Below, in pieces: positions 1-13,033 of a DNA stretch of 62,565 nucleotides. A program made the position numbers and the translations under genes. Location: positions 1-62,565 of the forward strand of contig NGBS01000622.1 of assembly GCA_002245135.1 (NCBI GenBank), read 5' to 3'. This DNA is from Proteromonas lacertae (Eukaryota). Below the pieces are notes generated by a model that was not told the DNA's origin, did no database searches, and saw only the letters and a program-made list of their open reading frames with translations. Every line of letters begins with the position of its first letter. The first letter of the stretch is position 1.

Positions 1-2765
1 ATGTTTTGATATATCATCAGATGTCATTACTTCAACATTTTTATTAGTAACATCAACTATACATCCCTTCACTTTGTTATTCTTACCAATTGATTCTTTC
101 TTAGCTAATGCACTAGTTCTAGCATCTGAAAATCTATTAGATTGTTGTTCTACAGATATTGTCATATTTTGATTAAATACAGACATATAATGATTACTCA
201 TTGAATTGTTCGATTGTTGTGGATATATTCTATTACTAGCGATCTTTTAAATCTGTTACTATTATTATTCTTTAAACTAGCAACTCTGTCAATTAACATT
301 CTATCATTATTTGGATGTAATAATTGGATTTTATATTTTACAACTGTTTTTCCTTCATATGGCAATAGATCAAAATCACTCAACCATTCTGCTATTGATT
401 CTGCAGTTTGACTATAGGCAGTTTGTAAATATGAAGGTATAATATTATTTTGGATATAATTCTCAACAAAATATAAGCTGGTCTAAATATGGCATATGTT
501 GTTGGATTTAATGTCATATTCTTATCTAATTCATCTTTTATTTTTTCATCTATTTCAATCTTTTTAATTCCATTTTTATCAAAATAGGTTGAATAAATAC
601 TTTGTATTGGTAATGTTGTTGTTGAATCTACTATCTTTTGACTAAACATTTTATTCATAGTATCAAAAAAATGTAGGTAAGAGTCTTCCTTGATACTTTT
701 CATATATAATTCAATATATAACTTATAAAACGATCACCTAACATACTTGAAATGATAATATATTTTCTGATCTTTATTCATTAATAACAATGAAACAGAA
801 CATACTAAAAATAAGAAAATGTAAATAAAGAATGGAATATAAACGAACAAAAACCTATCTTTCATTGTAGATTCACCATTTACCATGTATATAATACTAA
901 ATGTAGTATATATAATTCCATAGAGAATATTAAACAAAGATCCAATTTTCATTGATCTTGTTGTTGATTCATTTCCAAACATTAACGAATAAATTGAACC
1001 AAAAACAATATAAAACATTAACGAAAAGTGGATAACAGATGGGATAATTCTTTTATATGATTCATTGTCATTATCTACCAGAAAACAGTTACTATAAGAA
1101 TAAACTGTTATATTATCATAATTGACATGATGAGTCTGATAAAATGGAGTTGATAAAACAATTAATAAGATTTGACATAGCAATAATGGTATGAAATACG
1201 ATATAATTGTATTTTTTCCATTTATTATAGGATATAATTCCTTTACATGTACTTTTCTATATATATAAATATAAATAAAACATATATATATTTATACTTT
1301 AATATTATATTTGACTAAGCATGCTAGTATATAGAATATAATGACTTCACCAATATTTGTACCATACATATATCCATAACATCCTTGTTTAGAAGAACTA
1401 AAAAATCCAAATATAAATGTAATAGAATATAACAACAATCCAATGAAATTGAAAATAATAAATTGACTGAATAAATATCTGATATGTAATGAGAAATATA
1501 TTCATAAATAATGACAATGTAATCATTGAAAATATGATGAATAGATATAAGATAATTGTTAATGTTGTTATTGTTGAATTATTACTCAGATTATCACATT
1601 CTATTTCTATTTTATTATTATTGTTATTATTATTATTACATATATCTGGATAAGAAGGTATAACTTTAATAATTCTTTTGAAATCATTACATGATTCATT
1701 TGGTATAAATTTACTGTATTTTGCTTGACAAACTATTTCAATATAATAATGATAATATATATATTTATACTTGATTCTGTAATATTATAACAATGTATTA
1801 ATCTTCATTATCACCATTATTACTCTTTATTCTAAAACAATATTTCTTATCAAAGCTGTAATTATCTTTAATATTAATATAAATATCATATTTCACTGTA
1901 TTATAACTACTTAATATCATATCTTTACTTACAGAATTGAAAATAATATTTGAATAGTGAATATTGTATATTATGTTGTTGTTGTTATTGCTTTGAATTT
2001 CAATTGATGAGATAATATGAGTTGAATTGTGTGGTTTTAATGGAGATACAATCAAATACCAAGATGGTTCTAAATTATCACCACTTGATATAACTGATTT
2101 AGGTGATTTTGAGTGAATTTTGCTAATATCTGTGATTTGTTTATATATCATAACGTTTTTATTTTCAATTTGACTTGTGAATAGGATTTTATTGTTATAA
2201 GCAGATATTTCTTTAGATGTGTCAAATTTTTTAATTCTATTCCTCTTTTATCATCACAACCCATTGATTCGTCAAATGTACTTTCGTCTATATACAGTAT
2301 AATATATCAATTAATATACATATCAATTTACAAGGTGATTCTATCTTAATGCCATAAATATCGTCAGTTGAATATAGTTTAATAAGACTAATTCTAAAAA
2401 TGTAATAAATGAAATATTATACGTTTTATAAAATGAGTTTATTACATCTAACTCTATTTGCTTCTCTTCAATTCTGCAATTTGAAGCATCAAGAAGTTTA
2501 ACAGTAAAATTTGACAATTTTATTATTGATTCATCCTTTTTACATGACTTTATCTCAACAATATTTGTGTTAGTCTCTTTAAATAAATACATCACGTCAT
2601 TGATATATTTCAGTTCTTTTATACTACTGTCATAATAGCCAGCACCTTTGTTGGTATTTGGAGTGTTGTAACTCCCTTCAGCTAACGATACAGAGAAAAA
2701 GATCTACAGGGTTAAATGAATGATATATCTACATACATAATTATAAACAACACAAATAAACACAT
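1..2765 (-). CDS. Multi-exon receptor-like protein: signal peptide, extracellular region, multi-pass (7TM-like) block and cytoplasmic RGS domain; 3' end probably runs off the window
   Basis: Joining exons over short GT..AG introns gives the N-terminus MCLFVLFIIMY|IFFSVSLAEG. ORF 734..1183 has several hydrophobic helices. ORF 392..703 reads YMKSIKEDSYLHFF...IYSTYFDKNGIKKIEIDEKIKDELDKN...P...IFRPAY, which matches the RGS pattern. Several apparent frameshifts. Confidence 0.6.
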
Positions 2766-3097
2766 AACTTATAACACATTTTAATTACAAATTAAAAAAT
2801 ATAGAGAAAAACGATTTAAAATCGGCTTGATTAAAAATGGGCTTGTGTTTCAGTTTCAAAAATTTAAAAAATTTTTGTAATCAGCAATTCACTGTAAAAC
2901 ATCAATTATTATCAATTCATATATTTATTTTATTTGAATATAACTCAGTATTATATAATCAAACTATTCCAGTGGATAATTCAAAATATAAAATCCCAAT
3001 AGACAGTATTTATATTAATAGATAATATATTAACATATGTTATATCTACATTGTTAATAATAAATATTATTATTATATATATGTATAATAAAAGAAA

Positions 3098-3656
3098 TTA
3101 TAACTTATCATCTTCATCCTCACTAGGCTGGTTAATTGTACATTGACAAAATGGACAATAAGTTAAAGACTGTTCTTCTTTTCTCAAGACGTAGTAGCAA
3201 GACTCACATATTTTACCATACTTTTTGAATCTAATACCACAAGCATTACATAATGACTAAAGACAGAATATAAATATATAGTTAATATACCACGTCCTGA
3301 TTGAAAAATTGCAATTTGTGCCAACGAGGAGTCTTTCGTACAGAACAGGAAATACAAATCTAATTAAAATCATTATAAAATGAGTATACAAGTCCCTTCT
3401 TCTTCTTGTCATAGGAGTATACAGGTCTGTGTTTGTGTTGTACTATCTCATTGACAGTATCTGGTGAGGGAGGGCTAGATTTCTTAATTTCTTTTTCTTC
3501 AGTCTCAGGAGTCAACAGCACCAATTTTAATATATGTTTTATAGGTTCAGAAGGCATAATACTCCTATTACATATTACAAATAAATAAGATTACCTCTTT
3601 GGAGTAGTTTTTCTTCTTTTGTTTGAGATATTAGTGCATTCACTTGGTTGTTTCAT
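3098..3656 (-). CDS. GATA-type zinc-finger protein
   Basis: Splicing three short introns gives ICISCSVRKTPRWHKLQFFNQDVSLCNACGIRFKK (C-x2-C-x20-CNAC), followed by CESC...CPFC. The start codon is uncertain. Confidence 0.8.
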
Positions 3657-4018
3657 TAGTCTATAGCAAATAAATATAATGATCTTTATTAGATATGAAA
3701 TTTCGAGTTTTAGTTTCGATGGAAAAAGAAACAGCAGCTGGTTTAATACAAGAACGGTAGATACAATAGATAAAAATATAAGAACTATAAATACCTTAGG
3801 ATCGATGAAAAATAAGCTCTGAATTATATTAAAAAATAAGGATAATTTTTGTAAGTTGAAAAACTATTGATAAACAGTGAAACGAATAAATCAATTGGAA
3901 TTTTGAAATTTTTGAAACCGCAAATTTAATGATCAGATCATGGACATGTTCATAAAAATATATTCGTTATTCATTTTCATTTTCGCGCCAATTCATAATA
4001 TAATTTCATTTCTAAGAA

Positions 4019-5565
4019 ATGACTTCGCTGCTAGACTCCGAAGAATTAGCAGGTTTATCAGAAGAGCAGAAGGTATATTTATTCAATCGAATTACATAGA
4101 TAATGATACAATCAACTTTAAAAGGCCTTCAAGCAGAGTTTCAATGTTTTGCGCAAAAACATATTGAAGATCAGGTATTATTGTTTTTATTTATAAACAG
4201 ATTGAAACAATTAAAAATACATATCCTGACATACCGGACGAGGTTGCAAAAATAGCTATTAAATTATCCGAAGGGGATGAATTCAAGGCATTAGAACGGT
4301 TAGGAAATGAAAAGGATTTCAGAGAACAGTGTGAAGAGAAATATAAAGGAGAAAAGGTAGAACAAGAAAGCCAGCAACCTCCACAAATAACCAGAGCTCG
4401 AGTACCAGTACTAAAAGATGAAGAATATGTCTCAAATGAACAAAGTGATGATGATGATTATGATTGTCCAGCTTATCACATGCGAAGAAAGAAAGCAAAA
4501 AAGCCTCAAGATAAAACCAATGAGGCAGACTATGAATATGATTCAGATAATAGTGCACACAAGAAACGAAGGACAGTTCCAAGATTGACATTAAATGAAG
4601 CTTTATCAAAGTTAGAAGAATTAGATAGTACTCATCGAGTATTTGAACATAAAGATAATATGTTTTCACAACAAAATGCTGATGACAAAACTAATTCTTC
4701 GTCTTCTTCACCAGTAAGTGAAAAGAATGTAGATTCTGCAGAAGTTAAAAGTGAGAATACAGAAGAATCAGCTGTTACTAATATTCAACCAAAGAAAGGT
4801 GGAAAAAAGAAGATCAATTTACCAAAAACTGTGAAACGTTATAATAGTCAAGAATTAAGACAGTTGGGATGGAGTGATGCTAGAATTAGAGCGTATAACA
4901 ACAAAGATAAGAATCCAAATGCATATTATTATAGATTCAATGATCCAGGCATTCCACAAGCAACAGGACCATGGACAGAAGAAGAGAAACGAACATTTAT
5001 GAACAATATCAAACAGAGAGGTGTTAATTATGAATGGGGAACTTTCTCAATGAATATACCAGGAAGAGTAGGATATCAATGCAGTAACTATTATAGAGCA
5101 TTAATACAGAAAGGAGAGATAGAGGATAAGAATTATTACTTTGAAAATGGTAAATTGAAATTCAAATTTCATTCTCAAGAAAAAGATAAAGATGGTGAAG
5201 CTGGAACTCCAAAGCCAAAGAAAAACAGGCAGAGAAGAAGAACCACTAGAGCTGGAGATACAGAACTATATCTTAGTGAAGAAGATGAAAATGATGATAA
5301 AAATGAGAATATAGATACAAATGAAAATATAAACCTTTTACCTGATATGATTGATCCTGTTACTTGTACAGCTATGGTACAACCTGCAATTTCACCATAC
5401 GGACATGTCATGGATTATCAGTCTTGGTTGAAAGTATTAATGAAAGAACCGAAGAATATTTGTCCTTTCACTAAGAAAAAATTGACTCATAGGATGCTTG
5501 TAAAATTGACAATTGATAATATTGAAGATTACAGAAGTAAAATAATTAAAGACAATAAACTGTAA
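4019..5565 (+). CDS. Myb/SANT-domain protein with N-terminal CUE/UBA-like region and C-terminal U-box-like domain
   Basis: ATG at 4019 and two short introns. IKNTYPDIPDEVAKIAIKLSEGDEFKALERL is CUE/UBA-like, GPWTEEEKRTF...WGTFSMNIPGRVGYQCSNYY is Myb, and DPVTCTAMVQPAISPYGHVMD...CPFTKKKL is U-box-like. Confidence 0.8.
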
Positions 5566-5673
5566 TAAGTTTATTGATTTAATATTTTATAAATCATAAC
5601 ATCGTCTTTTTTATATTAAGTGTTTGTTCTATTCTAACATGAGAATATCATTCAGAAATTAAGAAAAAATAAA

Positions 5674-6678
5674 ATGAGTGTAATTCAATGTCAAAATGAC
5701 ATTGGATGTGTAATTAAAGAATATCATGCTAACAACAATATTAATAGGTTCAGTAGTGTATGTCTTTGATAAAGACACATATAATAAAGTATATTATCGA
5801 ATATATTGGTATATAGGTATATAATTTAGGTAGTTTTGGTAGAGGTAGTTATTCAAAAGGCAAACCAGAATATATACCATCTTGTGATGAATATTTGATT
5901 GTATGGTTATTATTTTAATCAATAGCTGTCACATGAAGAAACAATCCATCTTCTTACTCAAAATTTAATTCAAGTTTGCTATAAAAACAATGATATTGTA
6001 TCATTCATCGATTTGTGGAAGTTATTTTCTTCTAATTATGTAAATAACCAAATCCCATTTATTTTAAGATATGCAGTTTATAATCACTTGAAGAAAATGA
6101 AATTGTATAATAATATATTTGAAGTATTGTTATATTTACTAGATATCCAAAAACTGGATTAGCTACAGGTTGTGGTTATCTCATATACAATGAATCTCCG
6201 GAAGTACAACATTCTGCTTATTTATTATTCATTAATTATAAAAATTCATTATCTTATGAAGAAATACAGAATTTAATTAGAATCAGTACAAACATAGGTA
6301 AAGCAGTGATTATAGCAAATATTGAGATAAAAGATGAGAATATATTCAATGAAATGATTAATAAAATAACAGATATAACATCATTGCAACAAGTAGTTGA
6401 TTTAATAGAGATTAATTTAAACTATTTGAGAGTATTTTTTGTTATTTGTTAATATTTATTGAATAGAGATGTATTTTAAAGGATTTAATAGCTAACTGAT
6501 GAGAAAAGCAATAAGTTCTCCACTGGAAGTAGATATTGTAAGTAAATCTATGAACAGAACAATCGGTACAGCCAAATGTATATTAAAAGATAATATTATT
6601 ATCATCATTATTTATAGAAAGACAGTTCCTGATACTTCATTCAATAATCAAATTCTTAATCTTAATAGAATAGAATAG
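5674..6678 (+). CDS. SEN2: tRNA-splicing endonuclease Sen2-like subunit (multi-exon, missed by the ORF track)
   Basis: Spliced translation contains GSFGRGSYSK, EYLI|LSHEETIHL, FILRYAVYNHLK and YPKTGLATGCGYLIYNESPEVQHSAY, matching the tRNA intron endonuclease pattern. Ends are approximate. Confidence 0.65.
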
Positions 6679-6821
6679 AATATAATAATTTAGTTTAAAT
6701 AAGTTTATTATTAGTATATCATGATATGTATATTTTTTGTACGAAATAACATTCATACATTAATTCCAATTAAAAAAACACGTGTTTTTAAAAATTCTGT
6801 TAAATTCTTTAGTTTATTATC

Positions 6822-8469
6822 ATGTCAAATTTAAGGCCATTCTTGGCTATTTTAGGTGGGTTTTTAATACATTTAACATTGGGAGCAGTATATTCATGGG
6901 GTAATCTCAGTTTATATGTTATTTCATATATCAGAAATAATGGATCTCCTGTATTATTCATTCTTTTTATATTTATATAGTCGATTGGTAAAAATATATC
7001 TGTTTGGCCATTCGCTATGTCATTATTTGGACAAGTATTCTAATTTCATAATTTATAAACATAGTCAGCATTTATGCCTTTGGGAGGTTTAATGGAGAGA
7101 AGATTTGGTGCTAAAATTACTATGGCTATAGGATGTACTTTGCTATGTGCTAGTTTATTTGTTACTTCTCTTGTTTGTTACAATTTCGTTGGTTTAATAT
7201 TGATATATGGTTTGTTAGCAGGATCTGGTTCTGGAATAGCATATTCTAGTCCAATGTCTGTTTGTATGAAATGGTTACCTAAATACAAAGGTTTGATAAA
7301 TGGAATAATCGTAGGTGGTTTTGGTTTAGGATCCTTTGTCTTTAGTCAAATTCAGTTGGCAATAATAAACCCAAATAAAGAATCACCAAGTGATGTATAG
7401 TTTATCTATATATCATGTGAATAGGATGGATACTATTCAAAAGAGCAAGTGAAAAATGTCCCAAAATTGTTTTTAGTGACAGGTGGAATTTATGTTTGTT
7501 TAGAATTACTTGGTTGGTTAATGATAAGTTTACCAGATAAAGAAACCAGTGAAAAAATCGAAATGTCACTGAATCAATCAAATTCAAAAGAGAATGTAAA
7601 TAAAGAAAACAAAGAAAAAGTGATTAATTCAATTGATATTCTTTCAATCAAAAGTGAAGAAGAAAAATCAGTAGAAAATGAACTTCCAATATCAAATCCA
7701 CTTTCATTACACTCTTCAACAATCAAAAGTAATAATTCATCTCCAACAAATTCTCCTGTTGTTGATGATGAAAGAGAAATAACAATAAATATAAAAGAAA
7801 AACCAAATGATGAGATAAATAAAGAAGAAGTAAAAGATCATGTTTATACAGTTAAAGAAGCAATAAAATCATATAAGTTTTGGATAATTTGGTTAATGTT
7901 TATGGGAAATGGTGTAGCTGTAAGTATAATGTCTTCCTATTGGAAAGTTCAAGGAGTTGATAGAGTAACAAGTGATGATACATTTTTAACATGGACTGGT
8001 TCAATTAGTTCCATATTTAATGCAGGTGGAAGAATAGTGTGGGGTGAATTAGGTGATATAATTGGTCAAAGATTGACTTGTAGTATATTGGGTATAGTAT
8101 GTGGAATATTACAATTTTCATTTTATTATATAAGAAACAAAGTGTTATATTCAATATATGTATGTTTGAGTTTCTTCTGTTTTGGTGGATTCTTTGGAAT
8201 GTATCCTACAATGACAGCTATTGCTTTTAAAAGAAAGAATTTCAGTATTATTTATGGATTGATATTCACTTCTCAAAGTATGATTATTTAGATATTTATA
8301 TATTTGAATAGTTGTTTCAAATCTATTTTCAGCTATTTTTTCTCAAATTTTATTAGATAGTATTGGATTATTGGGAATATTTATAATGGTTGGTGGCTTT
8401 GTTTCATTTTCTTTGATTTTAGTTTTATTTTATCCATCACAAGCAAAGAATGTGAAAAATGGAAAATAA
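6822..8469 (+). CDS. MFS transporter, oxalate:formate antiporter/monocarboxylate-type
   Basis: GGFLIHLTLGAVYSWG, GGLMERRFGAK, GSGIAYSSPM..CMKWLP..KGLINGIIVGGFGLG, GGRIVWGELGD; about 12 TM helices; four short introns. Confidence 0.85.
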
Positions 8470-8572
8470 ACTACGCATTATTTAATAATAAATTATTTGT
8501 TTTGATTATTTTTTATTAAAAATAATAACAATAACAATACAATAATGTGTATAATATTATATGTAATTTATT

Positions 8573-11111
8573 CTAATTGGAATTAGATATTGCTTGTCTT
8601 CTTTGTTGAGCTTTCAACACTATTTCTTCATTCTTCTTTTCAGCAGCTTTGTTTGTACTTGTCGAAATCTTTCCATTGTTTTGATCAATTATTAAAGGTC
8701 TTGTCCAAGCATCTCCAGCTTTAGGTTTTTGATTCTTAAAATCTCTAAAACATTCTACCCATCTCTTCGCTGTTTCTACACTATTTTCACCTTCTACTTT
8801 CATCACAATCTTTCTCTCTTTATCACCTGCTTCAAATGCTTTGATTGAAGAATCTCGAACTTTCAATATCAATGTAAATTCACTACTTCCATCTTTATAT
8901 TCAATTCCATTATAACAATCTAATGGAATACTTTGTTTCTCATCAATATATACTTTACCATAATAACTAGGAACCATCGAATCATAGATTCTCAATACAG
9001 CTGGTTCAAAATATAATACACAATATCTTCGCTGCCATTTTCCAACTACTCGATCTCGACCACTCTTTAATAAATAACCTTCCATTATTACTTCATAACT
9101 AAATGGTTTATAAATATCATCATCACTTATCTCATTTTCTTGTTTGATCTTTTCAATTGGAATTACTGTCTCCATTATCTTTTCACTCTTTTCTAAATCT
9201 TTCTTGTTTGTTTTACTTCCACCACTACTTGATAATGATACTACTAATATTGCTACGATTATTCCGATTATTAATACAGCTCCAATACATATTATTAATA
9301 TCACCCACCAATATTCTTCTGCCCAAGGCTTGGAATCGTTGCTAGATGGAGGTGTATCTACTGATTCAGATGAGAAATAATCATCAGCTTTTCTAATATC
9401 TAATTCAATTGCTTTTTCAGTTACTTTTTTTACAGCATCTCTTACATTTGGTAACGAAACTAACTGCTGTAATTTTTCACCTAGATGAATTGTTAATAAT
9501 TCAACTGGAACTTCTAACGTATCTGGTTTTGAATTATCATTACTTGGTCCTATTATTGATAAAAGCACATTACCAAATTGAATTGGATCAATTTCTCCAT
9601 CATCGAATAGTGTATCCCATTCAAAATCTTCACCTAGTATTCTATTACTTTCACCTTGACTGTTGTTATAATTCTCTACATATGTAAACTCTTTCTTAAT
9701 CATATTACCTCTACTACCATCATCTTTGTATTTATATGGACCTCCAATAAAAATAGCATTTATCATATCATCAAACTCTGCTTTTAAGTCATCATATTCT
9801 TTATCACTACCTCCTTCAAATTTATAAGTTACTTTTATTTTTGTGCAGTATTCTTTTTCTTCAGTTCTTCCTCCACAACATAATCCTTGAGGATCAAAAT
9901 TATACTTTTCATTACATACTCTTGAGTAATAGTATTTATATCTCCTTCACCTGATATATTAACTTTTATTGGATATATACCTGTTTTGTCTTGGTTATTA
10001 TAGTTGATATATAAATCATTCCATGTAAATACAGATTTAAATTCTTTTGGTTGAACTTTTGTTTTAATATCACCTTCTGTGATGTTATATCCTTCTTCTT
10101 TTATATCATCAATTTTCATTCTTTTAGTATTCAAAAATTCTTTTAAATCTTCTTCTGTATAACCTGTGATTGATGGATATTCTAATCCTATGACAATCTT
10201 AAATGATTCTGATTCTTTGACAGTTTTTGGTACTCTTGATAACAAGTTACTAATGCCATTTGGTTTATAATCTACAACTTCTACTGTAAAGGATGTTGAA
10301 CCATTTTTATACCCTTCAGCACTGCAATTGATGTAACAAGTAGTAGTTTTTAACTCTGCACTTGTTTTGACTGTAAAATTACCTTCTTCTGTATGGCTAA
10401 TTATATCATCAGTAGTATTACAATCAAACCCGAAATATGTAATTTCATTATCATCATTTGCTTTTATTTTTAATGGATTTATATTCTTTTCAACTCCACT
10501 TTTAATGAATATATATGAATCTCTTTCATATGGACATTTAAGTTCAGTTTCTTGTGTAGTTGGTGTTGATCCTGTAGCTGTGGCTTCTAATGTTGTTGTA
10601 CTTTCTGGTGTTGTTGATGGATGAGTTGTTTCTGGTTCATCTCCTTTATCAGTACCTGTATCTCCATCATCTCCACCAGATGTTGTTGTTGTTGCTTCTG
10701 GAGTTGTCTTTCCAGTATCATTTGGTTCAGTTGTTGCTCCAGTAGATTCGGTTGTTGGAGCTGTAGATCCTGTTGTAGCTGGTGTTGTTGTTACATCAGC
10801 TGTTGAACTAGTACTTCCTGAAGGTTCATCATCTGATCCTGTACCATCCAATTCTCTTTCTTCATCAATATTAATACGTTTCTTAACAATTAAATCTTCA
10901 CCTTCATTTGAATTACTATGTAAAAGTAGAGATGCGTGTTTATACTCAACTATTTTTGAGGAAGGTCCATGATTCACTACTTTTAAAGGATTTTTATTCT
11001 GATCTTTTCTTAGATCACTAAAGCCACTTACGCAAACGAAGATTAGCGCAAATATGCATACTATGATATAAATAATGTATTTATACTATAGTAAATGTTT
11101 AATTTACTCAT
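8573..11111 (-). CDS. Type I membrane protein: signal peptide, Thr-rich mucin-like stalk, single TM helix, cytoplasmic PH domain
   Basis: Spliced N-terminus MSKLNIYYICIFALIFVCVSG; T/P/E-rich tract; TM WWVILIICIGAVLIIGIIVAILVV; PH motifs MEGYLLKSG...KWQRRYCVL...AKRWVECF. ORFs 9835..10977 and 8573..9766 join by a frameshift near 9905. Confidence 0.75.
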
Positions 11112-11459
11112 TATTAAGCGCAATAGAGAATGAAATTTGTTACAACTCAACTGCTATGCAATGATTGGTTTAATTTTATGAAACGGTCAATAATGTGAAT
11201 GATGAATCAGTTATTCTTTGATCCAACTTTTTTAAACTCACAGTTTATAAGAACTAGAAAGAGTATGAAATGAAAAATATGAAAGTGCGATATAATAGCA
11301 ATTATTTAAACAGTTTTTCTGTTTGTTAAGCTTTTGTTAATTATTTTTTATTAAATTCTCTTTCCATCATCCTATTATGTTTATATACAAAAAAATAAGC
11401 ACAGTGAAGAAAATAAACATTTAAGAACTATAATTCGATTTGTATATTTTTTTACCAAA

Positions 11460-12917
11460 TTAATACTTCCCTTCTTTCTGTATCTGTTCAATTTTGGCAT
11501 CATAGAGATTTAACATTGTAGTTATCCACTCTTGCAAAGCACCAATACAACGACTATACTGGTTCACATCATTCACATCAATATTCTTAACAGCATTTCT
11601 TATATTTTCTAAAATTGGAGCATCATAAGCAGTCATATGTTCTTCAATATCAAATCTTGAAAATTCAATAACCAAAGAATAACCATAGAAATTCTTAAGA
11701 TAATTCCACTGACTCATTTCAGTTATATTCATATCAAACTCTTCTTCATTAATATGATCTGTCAAGTATAAACCACACATTAATATCTTTAATGGACCAG
11801 GTCTAGGCATCTTATCATACCTTCTAATCTCAGCAAATTGTGATCTCAATGATAAAATAGTTTTTACAGCATATCTCACTCTTCTTTTTAAAGTACTCAT
11901 TCTTCTAGCTAAATCATCACTTGGACTATCTTCATCCATCGGAAATTCACCATCAAACGACTATATTTTTAGTAATATAATACAAAATATATATACAAAT
12001 GAAGCACTATTTCTTCTAGAAGTCTTCAATAATTGCATTTGATAATCTGCAGTTTGATCAGACAAATCTTCAATCTTTTGTCTTGTTTCATTAATTTCTT
12101 TTTCCTTTTTCGCATTTTCAGTTTCTATATCTTTTGCTCTTACTCTCAGCGATGTAATTTTTTGACCAATTAATCTCACTTTCTCATTTCTATCTCTCAA
12201 CTCCTTTTGAAGTTCTTTTTCCATATTATCCTTCTCTCTCAAGTTCTGACGGAATTCTTCTAATTGTTTCTTTAAGACTTTATTATCTTTTGAAGCTTCA
12301 CTTAATTGATTATCTTTCTTCATTATTTGTTCTTTTAAATTAAGTATACGACTTTTATCATTACGAAGGAAGTTCAATTTTGATTCTAAATCTTCGTTTT
12401 TCTTTCTAAAATCGTTGATTTTCTCTTGTAACAACTTTACTCTTTCTTTTTGAGCTGCAATTTCTCTCTCTTTGTGATGAGTTCTACAATAATTCCATTT
12501 CTTTATTAATTCATCTAATTGACCTTTTAAACGAGTTATTGTTTTAATATCTACCAATATTTCTCTTTGTAACTGTGACTTTTCTGCATTTAAGGATTTA
12601 ATCACTATTTTGTTTTCTTTTAATGCATCATTTAATGATTTCATATCATCTTGTTGATTTTCTATTATTTGTACTTTCTCACTAAGAGCTAAAGCGTTTT
12701 CTTTACGTTTCACTTCCATTTCTTTCTTATATTGCGCTATTGTCTCATTCACTTGCTCTAGTTCATTTATTACTATATCTTTCTGTGATCTTCCATCCTG
12801 AAAAGCTTCATGTTTCGATTCATTCTCTTTTCTTATCTTATCAATTTCTTCTTGGAGTATGCCGGTCTTTTTAATTTCTTCGTTATATTTATATTCGAAT
12901 GTGTCCTGATTAGACAT
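11460..12917 (-). CDS. Coiled-coil protein with C-terminal dynein-MTBD-like domain (family member 1)
   Basis: ORFs 11961..12917 and 11460..11939 join in frame over a 36-nt GT..AG intron (11961-11996). Heptad rod, WNYCRTHH motif, and C-terminal AEIRRYDKMP...WNYLKNF...RFD...YSRCIGALQEW. Confidence 0.8.
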
Positions 12918-13033
12918 CCTACAGCAAAATATAAAAAAAAATCTGTTAGTCCTGAAACGACTCTAATTTTAGAATTTATTCCAAAAATAAAAAATTAATA
13001 TATATAAAGATTAGACATATATAGACTATATTC

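Noticed and set aside
704..736. In-frame TGA between the TM ORF and the RGS ORF as stop-codon readthrough or a variant genetic code
   Set aside because: An alternative frame (SSMLGDRFISYI) bridges it with compensating indels, and TGA, TAA and TAG all terminate other genes normally.
5621..5628. TGTTTGTT motif suggesting Blastocystis-type stop codons created by polyadenylation
   Set aside because: The upstream gene already has a genomic TAA, and I found no gene here clearly lacking an encoded stop.
11190..11300. ATGATGA box C-like motif as a snoRNA
   Set aside because: No convincing box D (CTGA) or terminal stem downstream.
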